64,000 nt of DNA from Selaginella moellendorffii (GCF_000143415.4 NW_003314270.1:963538-1027537), one strand, 5' to 3'; counted from the first letter of the stretch, positions 12,502 through 25,400 are shown. Made by a program: numbers and translations. Notes: generated by a model not told the origin, from the letters alone.

Positions 12502-14224
12502 TATGAGATACAAAATCCCTTGGCCCCAAAGTGGACTGGAAAGGGTGCCACATAGTAGTGGCCGAAGCGAAAGCCAAACGAGTGTAACACATTTGGACTA
12601 AAAGCTCCGACTTGGAAGGTCGAGAGCGAGAGTGGAACTCCCAACAAAGTGCTCGAAGAACAAGCACGAAGCGAGCAATAAGTGAGACTCCAAAAAGGGA
12701 CGCAAAAGGACCAACACATGACATGTGGAAGTGTCTAAGATAGAGTCCGAGATGGACCCGAGTTGGAGTCCGAGATGGAGTCCGAGGTGGAGTCCGAGAT
12801 GGAGTCCGAGGTGGAGTCCAAGGTGGAGTCCGAGATGGAGTCCGAGATGGACTGAGACGGAGTCCAAGATGGAGTCCGAGGTGGAGTCCGAGGTGGAGTC
12901 CGAGATGGAGTCCGAGATGGAGTCCGAAGTGGAGTCCGAGATGGAGTCCGAAGTGGAGTCCGAGATGGAGTCCGAGATGGACCGAGACGGAGTCCGAGAT
13001 GGAGTCCGAGATGGAGTTCGAGACAGAGTCCAAGACGGAGTCCGAGATGGACCGAGATGGAGTCCGAGAAGGACCCGAGATGGAGTCCGAGGTCGAGACT
13101 GAGACCGGGACCGAGACCGAGACCGAGACCGGGACCAAGACCGAGACTGAGGCGGAGGCCAAGACCGAGCCTGAGTCTGAGTCCGAGTCCGAGTCCGAGT
13201 CCGAGTCTGAGTCCGAGTTCGAGTCTGAGAGGGTGAAAGCCCAAAGCGTTTGTCTCCCAGACCCTAGGGGGTTTGGTGAGCTCCAAAAGTATAATAAGGG
13301 GGAGGACTGCAGTGGAGCTAGTTTGGCCAGGAAAGGCCAGTTTGGCCCAGGAAGGCCAGACCCAGTGTTGGGTGATGAACTGACCACTGGGAAGTCCAAG
13401 ACTAGAGTGAATACGGACCGACAAGCGGGGTAGCTTGGTGAAGTGTTCAAGAGCCGGCTCTAGTTCCCCCGGGAGATCGACTGGCCGATGCTCCCAGTCC
13501 AAGTGTGGGTGGCACTACCTACTTGGATACTAGGCATGGCTCAACAGAACCTCACTCTAAGCCCATGGCTAGAGCACCCAAAGGCAGAAGGCGGGGAGAG
13601 TACCCAGGTGGCTCACGTAAGGCCACGGTGTTCCGAAGTGTTGTCCTTAAGTCCCAGACTATGGAAAGGAAAGGAGCAGTCCTTTAGTGTGGTGGCCAAG
13701 GATACGGTCATGTGGTGAGGAAGTCCCAGAGGACCATAGGACTTAGTGGTCAGGCCTGTGGGCCTCGATCCAATGGCAGTGTTGCCAAACACGGCCAAGG
13801 GCAAAAAGGGACCTAGTGGGGACTGACAGAGGGATATTCAGGAAGGCTATTGCCCTTGTCGGTAGGCATCCTAAGGATGCTAAGGAGTGGATCTGGGATG
13901 ACCACTCACGGATGGTTGGCCCAATCTTGGAGAGACAGGATTGTGATGCAAGTGGTATTGGACCACTAGTGCAGCAAAGGTGAATGGGCATGGCCTTAGC
14001 ATAACGGGCCGATATGTCAGTGGTACCTTTGGGTGTCGGTCTTGAGACCAGACACGTGGAGCACTTGGACTAAGTGCAAGGGATGAGTGGCATAGATGCC
14101 ATCCTCGGGACTAGCAAGTCCCAAGTCCTGAATTGGACTTCAGGAGGTTGTGAATGAGACTCCTCTAAGTGGTCAAAGGTGTGGTTAAGTGACTAAAGTA
14201 GAATGGAAAAATTAGTCACTTACA
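12502..14224 (+). mobile_element. Solo LTR (1.72 kb) of the minisatellite-LTR family
   Basis: Colinear with the LTR at 21726-23433. Termini are t(a/g)tgaga...cttaca. A 5-bp TSD TTCAC lies at 12497-12501 and 14225-14229. Confidence 0.92.
12740..13230. repeat. Minisatellite inside LTR: GGAGTCCGAGAT 12-mer and variants, then (GAGACC)n and (GAGTCC)n
   Basis: Directly visible tandem array. Confidence 0.95.
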
Positions 14225-15420
14225 TTCACTTGGCACCAGTTTATCCAGTGTTTACTTTCCAAACTCGTCTTTATAACAAGAAGTCTTCTATTATTCTCTC
14301 CATGTTGGTTGATATAAGTTTGAGTTTATCTTCTATTGCTCGACTTGTTGCCACACGTTGTCGTCTACACTTGTGTCGTGCAATAGAACCAATTTTCATT
14401 CTTTATGGCAACGGCCGTACATATGCATGTGCACGGGATGAGGCAGACCTGGTTGTGCATGTGGGCGATCTTGAGCTTGAGTTGTAGTCGTTGCGGGTGG
14501 TGCCGAGTCAAGCTTTTAACCTCATTCTTGGTATGGATTAGTTGCAGCGCAATCATGCCAATTGTGACTTTGAGGCTTCTCCCCTTTATCTCATACTTCC
14601 TTATGTTTCATCCATTCCTCTCACTTCTGTACCTCTTCGTCCCTCTACTTCTACCTCTACTTCCATTACTTTTATTCCCCCACTATTTCCTCTTGTGTTT
14701 CCATCTTGTTTTGCTCTTCCCTTTTTTGATCCCTCCGATGATCTTTGTGTTGCAGCAATTGACCGGCTTATGAAGGAGTATTCTGATCTCTTTGACTTTG
14801 ACCTATCGTTTGGAGCCAAGATTGCCACACGTCATCCGATTTCAACTGGGGATGTTTGTCCAATCAAGGTTCCTATTCGTCGTCGGTCACTAAAGGAGAT
14901 CAAGATTTTACATGCAAATGTCAAGGAGATGTTGGAAAAGGGTGTTATTCGGAAGTCGCGGAGTCCTTGGGCATGTGAACCTCATCTTGTGACGAAACCT
15001 GATAGAAGTATTCATTTCTGCATCGATTTTCGTCCGTTAAACGACGTAACGATTCTGGATGTGTACCCTCTTCCTCACATTGCTGATCTCTTAGATCGTT
15101 TGGGGTGAAGTCATTGATTCACCAAGCTAGATCTTGCTTCTGGGTACTGGCAAGTACCGATGGCTGAAGAAGATATTTCTAAGACTGTTAATATTAGTGT
15201 AGTGGGATTTTGGTAGCCGTCAGATTGGTTTCAATCCGGACCACTCGCTCCTGTATATAAGCTAGGGTTTTTGGGCTAATTGATATGCATATTTTTGTAT
15301 TCCCTTTCCATATTCCATGCACTCACAATATCATTTATATTTTTTCTAGAACAACATAAAGATAATTTAAACTTATTGTTATATCTAAATTAATATAAGA
15401 ATTATTATTTATAATTATAA

Positions 15421-15771
15421 TGTTAGGATCCTATCCTTTACACCCTAAGCCAACTGGCTAAAGGGTGTAAAGGATAGGATTCTAACATTAGTATCGAAGC
15501 CCAGTTCGATTCTCGTGGTTGATGAGTGGGGCAAGAATATTCTAAAAAAATATTCAACATGGTGGATCTAGAGGGAGAACCAAGGTTTGGTAGACCCTAA
15601 GAGAAGGACGATGGTAACCAGAGGGTGGCCTAAATATGATCGTGGACGATCATTCTCTGACGAGGCACCAGGTCAGGATAATAAGATAAAGAAAGAGCCT
15701 TGCAATCAAGTGATCACCCTTTTAGCCAATTGGCTGAGGGTGTAAGGGATAGGATCCTAACATTGGTATCA
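15421..15771 (+). mobile_element. Rearranged TRIM copy: fold-back 5' LTR, internal domain, 3' LTR lacking its first bases, extra PBS fragment
   Basis: Reverse-complement homologue of 51724-52124. PBS-like tagtatcgaagcc at ~15489. The LTR ends ggatcctaaca at 15762 and is followed by ttggtatca. Confidence 0.85.
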
Positions 15772-15839
15772 ATATATATTAGAACATTAATATTAAAATA
15801 AAATACTTTGTTGTTATTATGTTACTTAGAGAGATTGAA

Positions 15840-15860
15840 TGTGTGTGTGTGTGTGTGTGT
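15840..15860. repeat. (TG)n microsatellite
   Basis: tgtgtgtgtgtgtgtgtgtgt. Confidence 0.9.
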
Positions 15861-16734
15861 ATCAATTAGCCAAAAAACCCTAGCATATAACATGAGTGAG
15901 TGGTTTAAATTGAAACCAATTCAACGATTATCAAAATTTCACTACGTTAATAATAGTTTACAATATTGTAGCTATACACTTGGACCTCATATCATCCCTT
16001 CCTCTCGGAATGATGGAAGATAGTTAAGGTTCTCTAGTGGACAGTTGGGATCTGGAGGAATATTAAGAGGAGGCATCGGTGAATTTGTAAATGGTGCTAA
16101 TTATTCATGATTCTTTTGTATGAAACATTTTAGTTGTTGTATATGCATAATTTCTAGAGGATCAACTTATTGTTTGTCATGCTAAACCTTATAAACTTGC
16201 AGTCCAACTTGCCACAACACTCAATACAGTCCCTTCCATTGAGCAAGAAACATTTTAGACAAATCACAAACTATAAGATTGGGAAAATAGATTAACACTA
16301 AATCATTCACTTTATACTCTATAAATAGATGATAATAGAAGTTATAATGCCATTATTGTCCCACTTTATGTGGCCTACTTTACTCAAACCAATGGAAGAA
16401 TGCTTGTCAAATATTAATCCCAAGACCTAGCATCAACAACTTGTGGCTCCCAATCCAAATGTTAAAAGTTCACATACTTCATAATCATCCCTTTGAAGGT
16501 CTTGTGAGACACAAAATCCCTAGGCCCCAAAGTGGAGCCGGAAAGGGTGCCATGTGGTAGTGGCCGAAGCGAAAGCCCAAACGAGTGTAACACATTTGGA
16601 CTAAAAGTTCTGACTTGGAAGGTCGAGAGCGGGAGTGGAACTCCCAACAAAGTGCTCAAGGAGCGAGCACGAAGCGAGCAATAAGCAAGGCTCCAAAAAG
16701 GGACCCAAAAAGGACCAACATATGACATGTGGAA

Positions 16735-17262
16735 GTGTCCGAGATGGAGTCCGAGATGGACCCGAAGTGGAGTCCGAGGTGGACCGAGACGGAGTCCGAG
16801 ATGGACCCGAGATGGAGTCCGAGATGGACCCGAGATAGAGTCTGAGATGGAGTCCGAGATGGACCCGAGATGGAGTCCGAGATGGAGTCCGAGGTGGACC
16901 AAGACGGAGTCTGAGATGGACCCGAGATGGAGTCCGAGATGGAGTTTGAGATGGACCCGAGATGGAGTCCGAGATGGAGTTTGAGATGGACCCGAGATGG
17001 AGTCCGAGATAGACCGAGACGGAGTCCGAGATGGAGTCCGAGATGGGCCGAGACGGAGTCCGAGATGGAGTCCGAGAAGGACCCGAGATGGAGTCCGAGG
17101 TCGAGACCGAGACCGAGACTGAGACTGAGACCGGGACCGAGACCGGGACCGAGACCGAGACCGAGGCCGAGGCTGAGACCGAGCCCGAGTCCGAGTCTGA
17201 GTCTGAGTCCAAGTCTGAGTCCTAGTCTGAGTCCGAGTTCGAGTCCGAGTTCGAGTCTGAGA
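16735..17262. repeat. LTR minisatellite (GGAGTCCGAGAT/GGACCCGAGAT, GAGACC, GAGTCC)
   Basis: Tandem array in the 5' LTR. Confidence 0.95.
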
Positions 17263-20210
17263 GAGTGAAAGCCCAAAGCGTTCGTCTCCCAGACCCTAGG
17301 GGGTTTGGTGAGCCCCAAAGTATAGTAGGGGGGAGGACTGCAGTGGAGCCAGTTTGGCCAGGAAAAGCCAGTTTGGCCCAGGAAGGCCAGACCCAGTGTT
17401 GGGTGATGAACTGACCACTGGGAAGTCCAAGACTAGAGTGAATACGGACCGACAAGCGGGGTAGCTTGGTGAAGTGTTCAAGAGCCGGCTCTAGTTCCCC
17501 CAGGAGATCGACTGGCCGATGCTCCCAGTCCAAGTGTGGGTGGCACTACCTACTTGGATACTAAGCGTGGCTCAACGGAACCTCGCTCTAAGCCCATGGC
17601 TAGAGCACCTAAAGGCGATAGGTGGGGAGAGTACCTAGGTGGCTCGCATAAGGCCACGGTGTTCCGAAATATTGTCCCAAAAGCCCAGACTGTGGAAAGG
17701 AAGAGGAGCAGTCCTCTAGAGTAGTGACCAAGGACACAGTCATGTGGTGAGGAAGTCCCAGAGGACCGTGGGACTTAGTGGTCGGGCCTGTGGACCTCGA
17801 TCCAGTGGTAGTGTGGGTGAACAGGAGTGGGCCTATCCTTGAGGAGTAGTACGTCGAGAGGACATGGCTCTCCACTCGAGTTCATGCATGAACTTGGGCA
17901 CGATGTGGTGGATAGAAAAGGGGCCAGTAAGGGAACGATTTTGGGATCTTGGGAATAGTATGTGGTTTTCCTCAGAGAGTTGAGGATGTGATCCAGATGA
18001 GCATTTGACTTAGCAGACTGGCTAATGTAGTTGTGGTAAACAACTATATTTGGGATCACGGGAAAGATAAAGACTCCAAAGCAATAAAGGAGTCACAAGT
18101 TTATCCTCATATAGTTGAGGTTGGTGCTCATGAATGTGAAACCAGAAGTAATAACCGTGGGAGGTCAAATACGGAAGAGGACGCTAGTCCTTGAAATGGT
18201 AGCCAGGGCTACCTTTAATAAATGCTGGAACAACCCAAGGAGTTGGGGGTGTACTTAAAGATGAGTTGGTATTCTCATCACATGGACAAGTAGTCCTAAG
18301 GGGCAAAGGTTGCCCCAGAGAACAAAATCAAGTGTCAGAGTAACACTTGTGGAAATAGTCCTTGTGAGTGAGGACATGAATGCAAGAAGTGTATTCCAGT
18401 GAGCTAGTGCTCGACAAGTAGGACTTTACGAGTCTATGGATTAACCAAGGCCAAAACTGCTGGATGACTCAAGTAGAGTCAAGGAATGGTCCTAAAGGAC
18501 TGATGGAAGCATTTGGACTGAAGTGTGTGGTACCCCACAAAAGATGGGGGGGATCATAGGATCCAAAGATGAGAACAGAGGGTATCTCATCGATGGCAAA
18601 ATGTGTCATGCTAAAGTCGTGGGAAAGGTGTTCCCACATAGAAAACAACTTTGACACAAAATTGTGTGTGACCTCTATGGTGTAGTGCTAATAGATGGTT
18701 GGCATGAGAAAGAGCGGTATTGGTTTTGGCAAAGACTTAGACACAAAGAAGAAGTGTCATAGAGGTAGGCTCGTGGAGCCAATGGTGTGGAAGACACCAA
18801 ATGTGCCAAGGTGTGATACTTTGAGGTTATGTTGTTGGGTTCATAAGAACCCCTTGCCAAAGGGAATCCCAACGGAAATAGGAATGGCATAGCCTGAGCT
18901 GGAAGGCATGCGGTTAGAGTGTGGTGGCCCAGATAATGATGGAGGTGTGGAAGCACCAAGCAATGAGTTGTAAGACTTGACAACTATGAGGCAACTAAGC
19001 AACAGGTGCAAAATAATTGGTTAAACGGGTAGAAGGTAGCTACCCAAGCCTTCTTAATGGCATAAGGAAATTGGATAAACCCTTACAGGGGATAAGTTGC
19101 TTATGTTGCGATATAGTAAGTCAATGTCATGAAAGGAAATACTCATTGTCAAGGAAGCCGTCATTGGGACACCTGAACACTCTAGAACACCAGGAGGTGG
19201 TGTTTGATGTTGCGAGGGCAATAGATAAGGCCCAAGGGACTAAGTCCTTAGCGAATGATGGATAGAAGGTGCTATCCAAATGTCCAAGGTGGCGAAGACA
19301 GGAAAAGACTGTCTACTTGAATTGGACAAAGCCAAAAATGGAATTTTGGCAAGGCTAGCGATGGGCATGTAAAGGCCCATAAGCAACAACGTAATCTCGA
19401 TGTGTGGGATTATAGGGTGAGCATACTTGGATTGAGGAACCACTCCCTAGGCTATCGGGTAGGTTCATCCCTAAGAATACTTGCTAAGGCATGATAGAAA
19501 GTGCAAAGCTATCCTCCTGGTCTGGAGGAGAATGACCGAAGGAAAGGTGTGAAGCCAAAAGCAATAAGTAAGGGGGTATAACCGAACCATAGGAATCGAA
19601 GGGCATAACCAAGATTGGGTATGCCAGCTGGGAGTGGAGAATCAAATGGGGGCTCAAGGGTGTTGTCGCTAGCAACCGTGATGCCATGGAGAGTCTAAAA
19701 TATGGAATTGTCCATGTTAGACTATATGGTAATTGGAAAGCTTGCAAAAAGGGAGGCCTTATCAAGCTAAGGGATAGAGTTCCTTCAAGGTTCCCAAAGA
19801 TGATTCTAGGTAGCTTAGTACCTAGAAAGGCCAAGTGTAAATGGTTCAAAGCACGCGCGAAATCAGAGTGGCGCAGCAGAAGCGTGGTTTTGAAGCTTGC
19901 CATGAGGCAAGGCTATCAAGGTTAGGGAAGTAGTTCCCGAGTGTTCAAAGAGAGGGCTTTGAACGAAAGTCGATGATCAAGGGCTTTCACGCTTGTGCAG
20001 GAACCATGTTACAATGGTCGGAGGACTTGCCAAAGCGAGATTGGCAAGTCAGGGGAACAAATACCCTAATTGAAGGTGATAACATCAAAAAGGGTGGGCC
20101 ATGGGGCCAAGCATGGAAGAGTCCATGCATGATCACAGACTTGTCAAGTGAGAGGACTTGGCAATGTGGAGGAACTAGGTTCCTAAGCTGTGATCTATAG
20201 TGCGCTTTGA

Positions 20211-20380
20211 GTATAAATTGGTGCACCGGCGTGGGGAGTCACGCCAGGCATCCTGGGTGATGCCGTCCGTAGATGCATATACGGAGGTTGGGTTCGAGTC
20301 CCGACCCTCTAGTGCTTGGGTTCGAGTCCCAAATCACTAGGGCGTGGTGATGGTTTGGAATATGAGGACACTCATATTTC
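20211..20380 (+). other. Array of six adjacent stem-loops with two TTCGAGT T-loops/B-box motifs
   Basis: Stems 20228-20245, 20247-20264, 20266-20285, 20286-20306, 20309-20340 and 20357-20380, checked by hand base-pairing. Confidence 0.75.
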
Positions 20381-21957
20381 AGTGGTATGGACTCTCAGTG
20401 AGGAGACTGGTTTGGGCACACCGCCAAGCGAGGGATGCCTCGGAGTCGTGATGCACGGTTAAATTGTTTAGAGTGAAAGCTCGGCATATCTAACTTGAAC
20501 ACTTTGGTGCAAAAGGGCACCAAGGACATGGTGAATGAGATGGGGACACCCAGTCTCGGTTGCTATGGATCCTTGGCCGAAAGGGCTGGCTTGGGCGCAC
20601 CACCAAGTGTGGGGGATGCCCCCGGGGTCATAGTCAACAACTTAGAAGGGTCTGGAAGACCTAGTTTTTATTGGTAGACCTATTAAGGGGTCGAGATGAG
20701 AACACTAGGTGATCTTGTGGCTAAACAAGGACAAGTCTTTGTTTGGGCTAAGGAATAAGGTTTCTAGTTCAAAGTGTTGATTTGAACAATTGATGATGAT
20801 GTGGCTTGGTCAAGGTGACCAAGTGGGAAAAGCATATTAGGGAAATGAGCTATGTCATTGCGATGGCATAGTGTGTCCAAGGAAAGTAGTGTCAAAAGAA
20901 TACCTTAAAGAGGAACGTAGAGATTTGGTGTTGCTTGGTGCAACAATCAACGGATAGGAGCAAAAGATGAGTGGCCAAGATAAGGCCGTGGGATCCATTG
21001 GAAAGAATCCAAGTGGCAAAGTTAGCCAAGGAACACTAATGTGTTTGATGCTAACGGATTGCGGAAAAAGAAGTGGACTTCCAAGGACGGATTCCCAAGT
21101 GCTCCAATTTGGCAAAGGAAAGGCTCCAAGTGAGAGAGCAACTAAGGAGCCAAAAGATAGGGCCGTGGACAGCTCTAGCACAAATAATGATAAATGGAAT
21201 GTAATGCCAATGGTGGCACAAAAATAGAAAAGAGGATGAGGGTGCCCTCGAGTAGAGAACTTCTTAGGAGGGGAAGTGGAGTTGCACAAAATGTGCAAGG
21301 CAAGGTGTCGGAGACACCTAGGAAATTGACTCCAAAAAGTCAAGAGTAAATGTTCCAAAGTGCAAAGGTAGATCAATAGAATCTGTGACTACTCAAGAAT
21401 GAGTAGTGGAATTGAGTTAGAGAGGGTGTCTCTAACGGGTTTAGCGAGAACTAAACCAATAAAAAGGGAACAAACCACCCCAGGTGGTCAAGTGAGTCTC
21501 TAAGTTGGAGAGACTATCCTCCTTAGAGGATGGGCAAGGCATGGTGGGCCTTTGGTGTCGAACCATTGACGAATATGGAGAAGGCATGGTGAGCCTTCAA
21601 TGTCAAACCATTGACAAATATTGGCTAGGTGCCAAGGATGGAAATGGTAACACATGCGGGTGTTACTCTATAAAATGGTTTACCGTTCGATGAGGACATC
21701 GAACTTCGTCTATGGGTGGTGGAGTTGTGAGACACAAAATCCCTAGGCCCCAAAGTGGAGCCGGAAAGGGTGCCACGTGGTAGTGGCCGAAGCGAAAGCC
21801 CAAACGAGTGTAACACGTTTGGACTAAAAGCTCTGACTTGGAAGGTCGAGAGCAGGAGTGGAACTCCCAAAAAAGTGCTCAAGGAGCGAGCACGAAGCGA
21901 GCAATAAGCAAGGCTCCAAAAAGGGACCCAAAAAGGACCAACATATGACATGTGGAA

Positions 21958-22437
21958 GTGTCCGAGATGGAGTCCGAGATGGAGTCCGAGATGGACCCGA
22001 AGTGGAGTCCGAGGTGGACCGAGACAGAGTCCGAGATGCACCCGAGATGGAGTCCGAGATGGACCCGAGATGGAGTCCGAGATGGAATCCGAGATGGACC
22101 CGAGATGGAGTCCGAGATGGAGTCCGAGGTGGACCAAGACGGAGTCCGAGATGGACCTGAGATGGAGTCCGAGATGGACCCGAGATGGAGTCCGAGATGG
22201 ACCGAGATGGAGTCCGAGATGGAGTCCGAGATGGGCCGAGACGGAGTCCGAGATGGAGTCCGAGATGGAGTCCGAGAAGGACCCGAGATGGAGTCCGAGG
22301 TCGAGACCGAGACCGAGACCGAGACTGAGACCGGGACCGAGACCGGGACCGAGACCGAGACCGAGGCCAAGGCTGAGACCAAGCCCGAGTCCGAGTCCTA
22401 GTCCGAGTCCGAGTCCGAGTCCGAGTTCAAGTCTGAG
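21958..22437. repeat. LTR minisatellite, 3' LTR copy
   Basis: Tandem array with a different unit order and length from the 5' LTR copy. Confidence 0.95.
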
Positions 22438-25400
22438 AGGGTGAAAGCCCAAAGCGTTCATCTCCCAGACCCTGGGGGGTTTGGTGAGCCCCAAAAGTAT
22501 AGTAGGGGGGAGGACTGCAGTGGAGCCAGTTTAGCCAGGAAAAGCCAGTTTGGCCCAGGAAGGCCAGACCCAGTGTTGGGTGATGAACTGACCACTGGGA
22601 AGTCCAAGACTAGAGTGAATACGGACCGACAAGCGGGGTAGCTTGGTGAAGTGTTCAAGAGCCGGCTCTAGTTCCCCCGGGAGATCGACTGGCCGATGCT
22701 CCCAGTCCAAGTGTGGGTGGCACTACCTACTTGGATACTAGGCGTGGCTCAACGGAACCTCTCTCTAAGCCCATGGCTAGAGCACCTAAAGGCGATAGGT
22801 GGGGAGAGTACCCAGGTGGCTCGCGTAAGGCCATGGTGTTCCGAAATATTGTCCCAAAGGCCCAGACTGTGGAAAGGAAGAAGAGCAGTCCTCTGGAGTA
22901 GTGACCAAGGACACAGTCGTGTGGTGAGGAAGTCCCAGAGGACCGTGGGACTTAGTGGTCGGGCCTGTGGACCTCAATCCAGTGGTAGTGTGGGTGAACA
23001 CAGCCATGGGCAGAAAGGGACTTAGTGGGGGCCAGAAAAGAGATATTGGGGAAGGCTATTCCCCACGTCGGTGGGCATCCTGAGGATGCTAAGGAGTGGA
23101 TCTGGGATGACCCCTTATGGATGGTTGGCCCAGTCTTGGAGAGACAAGACTGTGTTGCAAGTGGTATTGGACTACCAATGCGGCAAAGGTGATTGGGCAT
23201 GGCCTTAGCATAACAGGCTGCTATGTTGGTGGTACCTTTGAGTGTCGGTCATGGGATCGGACACGTGGAGCACTTGGACCAGGTGCAAGGGTTGAGTGGC
23301 ATGGATGCCATTCTTAGGGCTAGCAAGTCCCAAGTCCTGAATTGGACTTATGGAGGTTGTGAATGAGACTCCTCCAAGTGGTCGGAGGTGTGGTTAAGTG
23401 ACTAAAGTAGAATGGAAAAATTAGTCGCTTACAGGTCTGAACAAGCCATTCTTACCAAACCATTTAACTATGGATGATAAGCACTTATGAAAGTGTAGTA
23501 TATCCCCAATCAAGACATTAATATTTGAAATGCCTCAACCATAAATGCGAGATTATTATTTAAAAGAATTTACTTTGGACATAAATGCTAGAACACCACT
23601 TGATTGAATACTTGACTTTTCATTTTGTGTGTAAATACCTTTAATATCAGTCTTGGAAGTGTTTTGATGCAAGAGAGCTCGAGTGTACTTAATCAACACC
23701 ATCCCATTGCATATATCAAACATATATTTCAACTAGTAGAGGTGAACTACTCCATAACAAAGGAGTGTTTAATTAGTTTGGGGTTTCGAAAAACTTCATG
23801 CCTATCTATATGGTTCTTGGACATTATTAAAAGGTGATCATATTGTTGTTTACTTTATTATTGAAACAGAAGAACTTAGTTGGTTGTATTGCTCGGTGGG
23901 CTTTGAAGTTTCAGATATATGATTTCAATGTCATTTATTGCCTAGGGAGTTTATGGCTGATATTGATGTCTTTTCTTGAGCTCTTTTTCTTTCTTTACTC
24001 TTCTCATATTTCTGATAAACTTATTTTTCTAGCATTTGTGGATTTTTTAGACAAGGATTCTGTGTCGTTAATGATATTTAATATTTATAAAGTGTGGAGC
24101 AAGATTTACCTTTTTCTTGATGAGGTTTGTGAGGCTCAAAAGGTTAAGCCATGAATTTGACGGCTTCACAATGGATTTAAGAATTTTGCATCACTTGCTA
24201 ATGATTTGTTATTGCAGCATTTACATTCTTAATATCGCTTTAAAGATAAAATTTTTTATTTTATAAGGATAGATCCTAATGATCATTTACAGTAGGTGGT
24301 GCATTTAATCTTTATTCTATATTTTCTCCACACTTACTATGATTCTCCTATTTTAGGTGGGCATATAAAATATTGTTTTGTGATCAAAAAGTTGCATTGA
24401 TCTTTCTATTGGCTAAAGATGTAATGTGATGTTATTCAGTATGTGTGTAGTTGCATTTGATGACAAGCTCGTAATACTCCTCTTTATGTTATGGAAGGAT
24501 AGTTGAAGTCAATTGTAATTTCCCATCCATTTGAGTTGATAATGTTTAATCTAATAGGGCATTTTCCACAGTCAATTACTGGCAATGAGTATGTCATTAT
24601 TGCTTCTGACTACTTGATTCATTGGGTGGAAATCAAAGCTCTTGCTAGGTCTGTCACTGCTATTGAATACTTCCTCTAGTTAGGATATGCTAAAACTAGA
24701 GGAATTATTCACAGCTTCCTCTAGTGGTGTGATACAATTAGAGGTGGTGTAATACAATTAGAAAGATTATTAATAAAGTTGTTAAGATATTGCATTTTGC
24801 ATAAAAACCATTACACATCATTCATACTCTATAGGGGACTTAAGAACAATAAAAAATTTATCAAGATCAACTTGCAAACCTTTACATAAAAAATAGTACC
24901 TAAAATAAGTGGTGTCTTTGGAGACTTTGAATACTTCAGCTTTAAACTAACTTCCTACAGCCGATTTAACACCTTACAAATGCCACAAACATATTTCTCC
25001 CATGTCCCCTCCAAATATATCAAAATATCATCGATGAAGTCAACAGTCAACTTTAGTATATTGCAAAGAACCTCATCCATCATTCGCTAAGAAGTTGCTA
25101 AAACATTATTCAAACCAAATAACATCACCAAGAACTTGTATAAATTAAATAGTGTATCAAAAGTAGTTTTGGGAATATCTTCCTCAGCCATCAGCACTGG
25201 CCAATACCCAAAAACAAAATTTGACTTGGTGAACCAATGACATCTTCCCAGATAATTCAGGAGATTAACAGTATGAGGAAGAGGATACACATCTAGGATT
25301 GTTACTTCATTTAATAGTTGATAATTGATGCAGAAATAAATACTCCTATCAGACTTTGTCACAAGATGAAGTTTATATGCTCAATGACTTTTGAATAACA

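Larger units (their letters stand above)
11850..15333 (+). mobile_element. Truncated Ty3/gypsy remnant (gag, protease, RT start, probable short 3' LTR at 15186-15333), interrupted by a solo LTR
   Basis: Gag-like PATFNDALRLAQRYE, protease-like MLVDIS, and RT KGVIRKSRSPWA...FCIDFRPLN...YPLPHIADLLDRLG* TKLDLASGYWQV. RT is joined directly to a TG...CA ~148-bp unit with TATA, which recurs inverted at ~15860-15952 and ~62895-63040. Confidence 0.8.
16503..23433 (+). mobile_element. Non-autonomous LTR retroelement (6.9 kb). 5' LTR 16503-17823 (3' part deleted), 3' LTR 21726-23433
   Basis: Near-identical LTRs with TG...CA termini. TSD GGTCT at 16498-16502 and 23434-23438. A purine-rich tract precedes the 3' LTR. 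A degenerate integrase Zn-finger-like segment (SQCHERKYSLSRKPSLGHLNTLE) lies at ~19100-19200. Confidence 0.9.

Noticed and set aside
12740-13230. CRISPR-like array
   Set aside because: Contiguous tandem units without unique spacers, no cas genes, and a eukaryotic LTR context.
12182-13502. Long ORFs (422, 255, 220, 289 aa and others) with SDSD/HLGL/SRTP/WSPR/MESE repeats here and at 16.5-17.5 and 21.6-22.5 kb
   Set aside because: The repeat unit has no stops in any frame, the ORFs overlap in all six frames, and frames differ between LTR copies. They are artefacts.
15186-15952. MITE or DNA transposon with ~100-bp TIRs
   Set aside because: The inverted units are better explained as LTRs of two oppositely oriented gypsy remnants. 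A third copy at 62895-63040 adjoins gag, and no TSD was seen.
20281-20340. tRNA gene
   Set aside because: T-arm motifs are present but no acceptor stem or cloverleaf could be built. Reported as a structured element instead.
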